Assembly: GCA_964016885.1 (NCBI GenBank)
Contig: OZ024742.1
Span: forward strand, 82,460,001-82,524,000
DNA: 64,000 nucleotides
From: Eledone cirrhosa
Taxonomy: Eukaryota
Reading direction: 5' to 3'
Both the position numbers and the translations under genes were made by a program. Shown here piece by piece: positions 55,300 through 64,000 of this stretch. The notes under the pieces were generated by a model. It had not been told where the DNA came from, did not search any database, and worked only from the letters and a program-made list of their open reading frames with translations. Every line of letters starts with the position of its first letter. Position 1 is the first letter of the stretch.

Positions 55300-56900
55300 A
55301 TTCATCCTGGGTGCTTATCATATTCCAATCTACAGGCACATACAGAGATTAGTACTGTCCGAGTGGCTGAAGGCTCTGAGTAATTTACCAGTGTATGTAG
55401 TTGGTTCTTCCACTCGGTAACGCAAAAGGTCAGCTAGGCAACCGGTGAGACATTGCAGTTTCAAGTAATTCATCCTTTTCTTCACTTGACCAAGTACTGC
55501 AACTCGGCCAATGATAAGAGCTTTGGGAAAGCGTTTCTATTGAACGATGAGCTCCCATCAGCGCCTATTTGCGCATCATTAGCCATGGCATGCCCATGCA
55601 GCGTGTTTTGACAGCAAATGGACCGCTGAAAAAGTAGGACCTGTCCCATGCATAAAAGTCGAAACTGTAGCCGCTTCGGTGCAGTCAGAAGTGGACCAGG
55701 ACGCGGCAAGACTGTCAGGTGGCAGTAGGTAACCGACGTCAACTGTCCGACCTGTCAGGGGTAGATTATTCCCCGCATATTTCTAGGTGGGAAAGGCAAC
55801 TTGAGTGATACCATAGGCCTAACTCACCTGTTGCATTACCGAGCGGAAAAACCAACTACATGCACTGGTAAATTATTGCACATGATATCGCTTCCTACAC
55901 CCTGAGAGCGGTGCGGATCATCTCAATGTGTTTGATGTACGACACCCCTACTGGGACGTCGTCGGCATATGCTGAGACAGATCACTGAAAGTATCTTCTA
56001 GTCAGGTTGTATCACTACTACATCGAACCACAATTTTACATAGCTATTGCCCCTGTCGATGCCCATTTTAATCAGTATTCCGTTCTCAGTAGGCATTGCA
56101 CGCTAGATAGGAAGCTTTCAATTTCCAGTAAACAGATCACTGGCTATGAAGCCTAACTATTTTGCCTGTAAAGAACACACATCTAGGTCCTGTGTTGTTG
56201 ACTATTTTTACTTACAGACAGTCTATGTTAGCCGTAATTACTTACCTACCGAACGCCTTATGCAAACAGGATTTGGTTGACGCGGTGCAGTTTATCCATG
56301 TCCATTTGTTCACATACGGTAAATTTCAGAAAGTTGAAAATATCTGAGAGTTTCTACGACCCTTTTACACCTTCTTCAACTAGTTCATAAAGTCTCAGTA
56401 TGCCCCTAAGATACCTGTCTGGTCACCCGCTATCACTAATCTTCGGTAGGTTTTTAGAAAAATCTCCAGGACCTTGAAAGAATGAGGCTGCCATACACTT
56501 GTAGGGGCAACGATGGCCACTATTATAAAGGCCTACCCTTCGCAGCTGATCATGACCTGCACCACCAACTTACCTTCATGTTCAACGAAAATGGACAGTA
56601 TATTCAGATCCAAGCCATACTGGTACACTTGACTCCACCTCAAAATATTTGACGTACATGTCGTAGCTAACGAGTAGTTTCACTGATGGCATTCATATCT
56701 ATGTTCAGTGACCTGGTGTCGGTGATCATGTAGCTCGGCTTCCAAGACGACACTAGGTACGGGCATTTACACAGACTGCCTTGAATGAGACTATATTCGC
56801 TGAATAGGAGGAAAGGTGAGAATGACCTCTTACTATAATCGTCTGGAAGAAGGAATGTTGACCTTTCTATGCCTAGTAATGGGGTCCTCTACAAGAATGT
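55300..56900 (+). mobile_element. Very decayed CR1/L2-like LINE relic
   Basis: GC-richer block. ORF 56162 HLGPVLLTIF..LP..VDAV resembles LGPLLF.I..NDLP..FADD. Weak. Confidence 0.35.
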
Positions 56901-57048
56901 CTATATACATCCTTTTAGCAAAGGATTCTCAGAAACCCTCAATTACATGCGGGAATTTGTGTTTCAATCTTGTGTATTTTGTTTAGTCCATTATAATTAT
57001 ATTTACTGTGTGCCAAGTGTAATGTTTTAATATTATTTCTTTTTCTCT

Positions 57049-57238
57049 GGCGGTGGTTTGGCAGTATCGGTAGAGGTTCGGACGCCATGCTCTCCAGCAT
57101 AGTTACGTCCCTTTACGATCTGAGTTCAAATCACGCCGAGGTTGACTTTGCCTTTCGTGCTTACGGGGTCGATAAAATAAAGTACCAGTAATGCACTGGG
57201 TAATTGCTGGCCTTGTGCCTAAAGTAGAAACAATTATT
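57049..57238 (+). mobile_element. tRNA-derived SINE, same family, with TSD ATTATTTCTTTTTCTCT
   Basis: Full family match. TSD at 57032-57048 and ~57233-57249. Confidence 0.9.
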
Positions 57239-60200
57239 TCTTTTTCTCTAATGTTGTTACGCTGTTAGTGTTGAAGTAGTTTTCTCTTGTTTGTGTTTAG
57301 TTTTGTGTAATGCCAGAAACGTGTTTCCGTTTGTTGGGATCACGTTTGTTGCTGCACGTACTGGAGACTTTGTCGTTGGTGTCTATGGTATCTGTTGCAC
57401 AGGCGATTGTGGTCATAGTGGTAGCGATGGTGGTCATAATGTTGGTTTAGATGCTGACATTGGTTGCCATAGATCTTTTTCTTTTTGTCTCCACTTTTGA
57501 GGATGAAGAAAGGTTTTCTTTTCTTTTTTTTTCTTATCACCAACGGCTTACCACCTCTCACCCTCCTCAAAAATGTATATTCAACTGTGTGAAGATAGAA
57601 GAGCCATGTTTAAAAGGGTGTTAATGTTGGTGGTGGAGCTCGTATCTCTTGTTGAAAATAGTAGCAGGTGGTGCTCTTCCTAGTGTTGCTGATGTTGTTA
57701 TTACCGCTGTTGTAAAGGATTTTGCGCTGACTGTAGCCGGTGGAAGCTTGTTATCTTTCCCGTAGAATTTGGTGGTGGATGGAGAGAGGGATTTGTCTTT
57801 TTCTTGGTTTCATAAATGGGCGGGAGGGGGGGGGGGGGGGTGAGTCTCACATTTAACACAAAGATATTCCCATTCTCATTACTATTATCGTTTAGAAATA
57901 TATCTCCATCCCTGATATATAGCTCCATCCCTAGTTATTTTGTGTGATGTTTTTGACTTCTAAATAAGTAGAACTGCCCTCAATCTATTGGAATACATAC
58001 AACTCAATTTGTCCAACCTGATCAGCAACACGTCATGAAGGAAAATATCTTATTTAATGTAATGGAAAATATGCACTGCCTATCACTGGACATCCAATAC
58101 AACGAATTTCAGTCTAAAACTTCTGATATAAATCTATAAAATATGTATGACGATCTGTAGCTGTTGGATTGTTTACCCTGAGTTGTACTTAATATGTATT
58201 CATTTCATAGTATCATGAGTATTATTTTAAAAACAATCCTCCTGTATGAAATGCATATTTGACCTAACACAAGGTGAAGATTCATACAGGAAAATACTTT
58301 TGCATTTCAGTCGATTTGCAAATAATCAAATAGATTTCGTCACGATCAATATTGAACTCGTATTTCTAAGACGTTAGCGTGTTATTTGATTGGTATTTGC
58401 TGCAGAATAATCTACAGTTTTCTAGCCTTTATTATATATATCCCATGGGACACTTAATTTGTAGCTTGGCCTTAAAGATAAAATGTAAAATTTAAACTTT
58501 TGTAAGAGGCGTATTGAGATTGGGACGTGTCATTGGTCTAGTAAAATGTATATTATTGTTTTTATTCTATAGAGAGATTATAAGGATTTTTGATGATTCC
58601 AATTTTCTTTAGTAGATTTCGACGTGGTGCGTAAAGACTACAGAAACTACATGATTTATATCCGGTAAGAATAATAAGGAAATCCTGGAAATATTTATAT
58701 CACGTTTAACTAGAAATTAGGCTCATTCTATTGGTTAGCGTTTGGACATCGCTCGTAAAATAAAGCTATGATCAAACATTTCGACTAGCACTATAGCATA
58801 CAATGTTCAGTCAATGAATAAATGAAAGACATTGCATACACTTTTAGTTAATGTATACAATGAGAGATAAGGTATACAATGAATTTCCTCAGTTTGTAAG
58901 ATACATAGTATGATTTAGGGTATATAAACAGATTCTATTTCTAGCAAGTTGAATGATCCCGTGAAGAATGTATGTTGTTATTTATAAATGTTGAACCAGT
59001 ACGATGATGGTATAAATCTAATTAACGAATGACCATTTTTAAAGTTTTATTTTGAATTATTTCTAAGAATAATTGTGTTCGAGGACATTTATCGACAAAA
59101 TAAACCTATTATATTTCGAAAGAATCGTGTTTAATATATAACAAAGCATCCGGATGGGGGAACAACGAATAAGAACAAAGCCTACAGATGTTGTTATACT
59201 GTAAGGAAAATTCAATAGTGAACATTGACTATTTGTTTCAATTGTAGCTGACTAAGACGCAATTTCTTTAATTAGTATAGAAAATATTACGCTAGCCATT
59301 AAAATTATAAGAAACAATTCTCTATATCGAATGTTCTGAAGTTCTATTTAGAATGAATGGAATTGATATTGAAAGTTACAGTCGTATTTAATTGATATCA
59401 GTGTTTAGATAGTTTTCTCACATTGGATTGTATGTAAAGAGTATGACGGTTTGCAGAAATACTGAAAGCTTAAAAAGTAACATAAAAACCATAGTTTCCA
59501 TTTACTAAAACTGAGTTCATAGACAAAACGTTCTTTGAAAAACTAAAAGAATTGAATTTGGTGTTGGTATTGATGCTTGTGTTTCTCAATATCGAAAGCC
59601 TATCTAAGAACTCGCTTATGAAATCAGAAAACTGTCAAAATTGATTTTCATTTTAATTTAAATACACAAATACACACTATGCATCATAACATACAATAAT
59701 ATATACACATATTTTATTCTATGTATATAAATACAAAATCAATATACACACGCAAATATCTAATACAAAATTCGTAAAGCAAAGTTATTTAGTTTTAACC
59801 ATAAGGGCTATAATTAGGTTCTTTCTATTTAGATTGTTTACTTAACTTGTACAGTGCAGCACACATTGAAACCTCTGTTGCTATATGTATATCAGATATG
59901 ACGTAGTAATTTCTTCTCTCTGCCAAGTACAAAACTTCATAAGCTAAATGAATGTTTCGTGATGATTTTAGATCTGCATATCGTATCCGTCTGAAATGTG
60001 TTTGAAACAAAAAAGTGTCATTTCATGCAAAGTATATTAGGGTATAGTGCATTTTGAAATAGCACAGTTATAGCGGCAAGTTGCAATTGAAGTATTAATC
60101 AGTTTGCTAAAGAAAGTGAAACAGATACCAATAAATCGAGAATTTTAATTTACACCAGGACTAATTTGATGAAAGCAAATCATATGTGCAAAACGTTATA

Positions 60201-60349
60201 AATGAGATAAATGAGATGTATAAGCTACACCGGCTTTATATTGGACATAAATATCTCAGTAATAAAAAAAAGGCTATGACGACAATAAGCAGCAGACACA
60301 ATCATCATGTTGAAAGATTAAGGGTGCCTAATGGCAATTAAAAACAGCT

Positions 60350-60620
60350 GAAAAATAATCCGGTTTTGCACTTGCCGAAACACTATTGTTATAAGGTTCT
60401 TCCTTTACAAAGTTGCAGAGAATATTCGTGCAAAGAACCAGGAGCTGTTTATGATTTTCATCAACTTGACCAAACCATTAAAAATCTCAATGCAAAGGTC
60501 CCCCCTGGAAAACCCACAAAAAAAATGCTGAGTGTCATCATGTTTTAATGAGCGCATGAAAGCAACAATTAGATCAAACGGCGAATATTCTGAAGATGTA
60601 AAAATAATGAAAAATCTCGT
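60350..60620 (+). mobile_element. RTE LINE RT relic
   Basis: LQ.CRE..NQELFMIFINLTK..KMLSVI..RMKATIRSNGEYSE across frameshifts. Confidence 0.55.
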
Positions 60621-60884
60621 TAAATGCTTCTTTGACATTTAATATCTAACACCAAGATTTGATCAAAACGTTCATCGTACTCAGCACAAAAATGTCACCT
60701 GGAGTAAATGCGGATTGGTGTGTGAAGATGCAGCCGAACTGATGTGCCATTTAAGGTATAACAATAAAAAAGAAATTTGAATCCTTATACTTCGAAATAC
60801 GACGGACTACACCCTCTGTATTTCTCTTTCTTCTCTTTCTTTCTCTCATCTCATATATATTTGTATATTTGTATGTATATATAT

Positions 60885-60971
<87 letters not shown>

Positions 60972-61088
60972 TTGATTTTATTAAGTCAAAATAGTGACCC
61001 TGTCATAAACAGGTGGAAGTCCTGAGTAAAAAGACACACTATTCAGCCGTATTAGAATGAATGTTAAAAACTTAATTATCTCTCTCTC

Positions 61089-61125
<37 letters not shown>

Positions 61126-61419
61126 GAAGAGGGTCGGGACCCAGACGGCTGAATTCCGGCCGTTTTGACAGCTAGATCCGAACTTACGCATATAGATGTC
61201 CAAACGGCCAGAGCCCAGCACCTATTACCCACCATACTACCCTTAGTATCGAGTCCACCTGGTATTCTACCACATCTTATTTGTTAGATATATATATATA
61301 TATATAGAGAGAGAGAGTTATAGTTAGATAGATACATACATATATATATATATATATATATGCATATGTGCACACATATACACATACGTTTATACATACA
61401 GCCGTATATACATATATAT

Positions 61420-61530
61420 ATATGAATAAAATTAGTCCTTCATCAGTGATCTTCCAACCTTCATTGGTATTTCATCGCTATACCAATGAAGGTTGGAAGA
61501 TCACTGATGAAGGACTAATTTTATTCATAT
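61420..61530. repeat. Perfect inverted repeat, 51-bp arms with 9-nt loop, TA-flanked, containing CTGATGA
   Basis: ATATGAATAAAATTAGTCCTTCATCAGTGATCTTCCAACCTTCATTGGTAT-ttcatcgct-ATACCAATGAAGGTTGGAAGATCACTGATGAAGGACTAATTTTATTCATAT. Confidence 0.92.
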
Positions 61531-61565
61531 GTAACCCATGTGCAACCACGCATCACTCCATTTTT

Positions 61566-61637
<72 letters not shown>

Positions 61638-62392
61638 CTCGTAATTGTGAGAAGCCTGTATTTCCGAATGATCTTCATTTAGCTACAGATACCCCTATCA
61701 CACCCACATGATTAAATATGAACTGCATTTCTGAATCCTACAACATACGCAATTCTCTGTAACCTGCAATGTATAACAAAAAAAAACGTAAATGTATGTA
61801 TATGTGTATGCATACAGATATGATGGAATATATTCCCTTGTGTGCGTTTGTTATTGTATGACATTACATATTTAAATGCGATGATATTTTCTTATGATAT
61901 ATATGGATGGGTTATCGTTGACAAAAGCGTCCTCCTTTTTAATCCCCAAGATTACTTCCATGCATTTGCATAATGGTTCCTGCTTTCAATGCATTCTGTG
62001 GTTTCAATATATACCTAGCGTGGTTTTGATCAATAATATATTTCGGAAGTATCGTCCTTGATAGATAAAAGTATATAGGACACACCTTTGATGATTGTTT
62101 AAAGGAAATTTCGCACCAGTAATTTTCTCACTTCAGAAAGAATGCTTCGTTTTCTTTTTTTTTTCTTTTTTTCCTTTTCGTTTTTCCTTCAATGAAAGTA
62201 CATAAACAGGTTTGAATCATGTATAGGCAACCACAGATAGATAGAACAGCAGGCATAGAAATAAAAACATATCCATGTGACAATATATACATATATATAT
62301 ATATGTGTGTGTGTATCTGTGTGCGTGTGTGTATGTGTGTGTGTGTGTGTGTGAGTATATATATATGTGTGTGTGTGTGTGTGTGCGCGCGC

Positions 62393-62440
<48 letters not shown>

Positions 62441-62675
62441 GTGTGAGTGGACAGACCTCCAATTACAATCAAAGCACACATGGGCTTATAGGAACGTTTG
62501 CTATATATATATTTTATTACTTATAGGTAGGTTTATTTTCTGAATTTCTGACTTTTATTTCTACTGTCATCCTAATGCTATTCAATTTCTAATATACGTC
62601 CGATCATAATTCAATCTCGCAGAGGATATTAACTTTCAGTCATTTGTGTTTGAATTCATTTTTTTTATATTTAAT

Positions 62676-62804
<129 letters not shown>

Positions 62805-62900
62805 CAATGAGGGTGTGGTAAGATACCAGGTGGACAATAACCCACCAAAGTACTCGATGATTGGGTTAGTAGAGTGGGTAATATGAAAAGGTTCAGGAAG

Positions 62901-62985
62901 CCGACGGCTGAGCTCCGGCCGTTTCGACAGCTAGATCTGAACTGTTCGGATCTAGCTGTCGAAACGGCCGGAGCTCAGCCGTCGG
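62901..62985. repeat. Near-perfect GC-rich palindrome within a (TA)n-anchored element (62803-~63060); relative at 61123-61287
   Basis: CCGACGGCTGAGCTCCGGCCGTTTCGACAGCTAGATCTGAAC-t-GTTCGGATCTAGCTGTCGAAACGGCCGGAGCTCAGCCGTCGG. 62803-62884 is the reverse complement of ~61222-61286. Confidence 0.88.
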
Positions 62986-63433
62986 GGTTCTGAATCAATT
63001 CCTCATATACCGTTGAATCTATTCCTCATATTGGTTTAATAACCGGATGTTTGTATAAGTGTTAATTGCCAAGCCTCTTTCGTCACACATTCTGTGACCT
63101 CCTCATTGACTACTTTTGTTGTTATTTTGTATCTCTCCTTTGTCCTGTCCTACACCTTGTTTTACCAGGTGTGTAGTTGGGCTGCGCATTCGTTATATCT
63201 GTCTCTGTGTGGTTTTGTGTGCGTTATTTTATTTATCTATTTATCTATTTTACTATATGTATTCATTATTCATTGATAGGTTAACTTTGCCTTTCATGCT
63301 TACAGGGTCAATACAATAAAGTAATTGGTGGCGTTGTGCCTAAAGTAGAAACAATTATTTATTGATAGGTTTATTTACTTGTCACTAGTTGGTTACTTGT
63401 TCTATCTGTGTGTCTGGTTTTTTTTTCTATATA

Positions 63434-63477
<44 letters not shown>

Positions 63478-64000
63478 TATACGGGATAACAGATTATTGT
63501 TATAGGTAGTCCACTTATGTGTAGTCTAGTTAGGGTACTCCGAGTAGTGGATGATATCAACGCTTGGCTAAGTTTGACTCAACAATCGAACCAACATAAC
63601 TTACCATTCAACATATGATACCCACACCATTACACGGACCACCACAGAACTATAATCATTAAACAGATTCTAGTCTTCTTAATTCTATACTACAGTAATG
63701 TCTGCAAATATCTCATCAACCCATAAATATATCCCTTCTCAGCTGCTGTCACCCTAGTCTCTCAACAGATGAACCTAAATCCAAGTACATTTTCAGAATA
63801 CTACCACAGAAAAATATCACCTTCCTCCTGTTGTTATAATTGTAGTCAGCATGCTTTCTCTCTATATATATATTGCCTCCTTAACCCCTGTATTAACTTA
63901 CCTATTATATTGCTACTCTGTTAATATTATCTTATACATGTATGTTATTGATGGTGTGAAAGCTAAACAACCCCATGTTTCAAACTAACAATCCCTTCAT

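Overview
AT-rich, repeat-dominated metazoan DNA with no prokaryotic features. The SINE family and very dense (TA)n/(CA)n microsatellites suggest a cephalopod (octopus-like) genome; that assignment is inference. Contents: a head-to-tail cluster of three R4/Dong-type RLE non-LTR retrotransposons (1-7.6 kb), a nested mariner MITE, and two decayed Penelope-like elements (PLEs; RT plus GIY-YIG with a CxC-x5-C-x5-C linker, probably Naiad-type) carrying pseudo-LTRs, inverted 5' pLTRs and hammerhead ribozyme (HHR) motifs. There is also a DD37D (maT) Tc1/mariner relic, an RTE-type LINE with a twin-priming-type 5' inversion, several RTE/CR1 relics and many tRNA-derived SINEs. The most striking pattern is about a dozen short, non-coding, mostly fold-back elements from several sequence-unrelated families. 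They sit in or against (TA)n tracts, and most carry a type I hammerhead core, often followed by AATAAA, consistent with a (TA)n-targeted population of non-autonomous PLE/retrozyme-like elements. Candidate host exons lie on the minus strand: a Cys-rich internal exon at 50.2-50.3 kb splices in frame to either of two tandemly duplicated terminal exons at 43.6-44.2 kb. All alignments and folds were done by eye, so boundaries are approximate.
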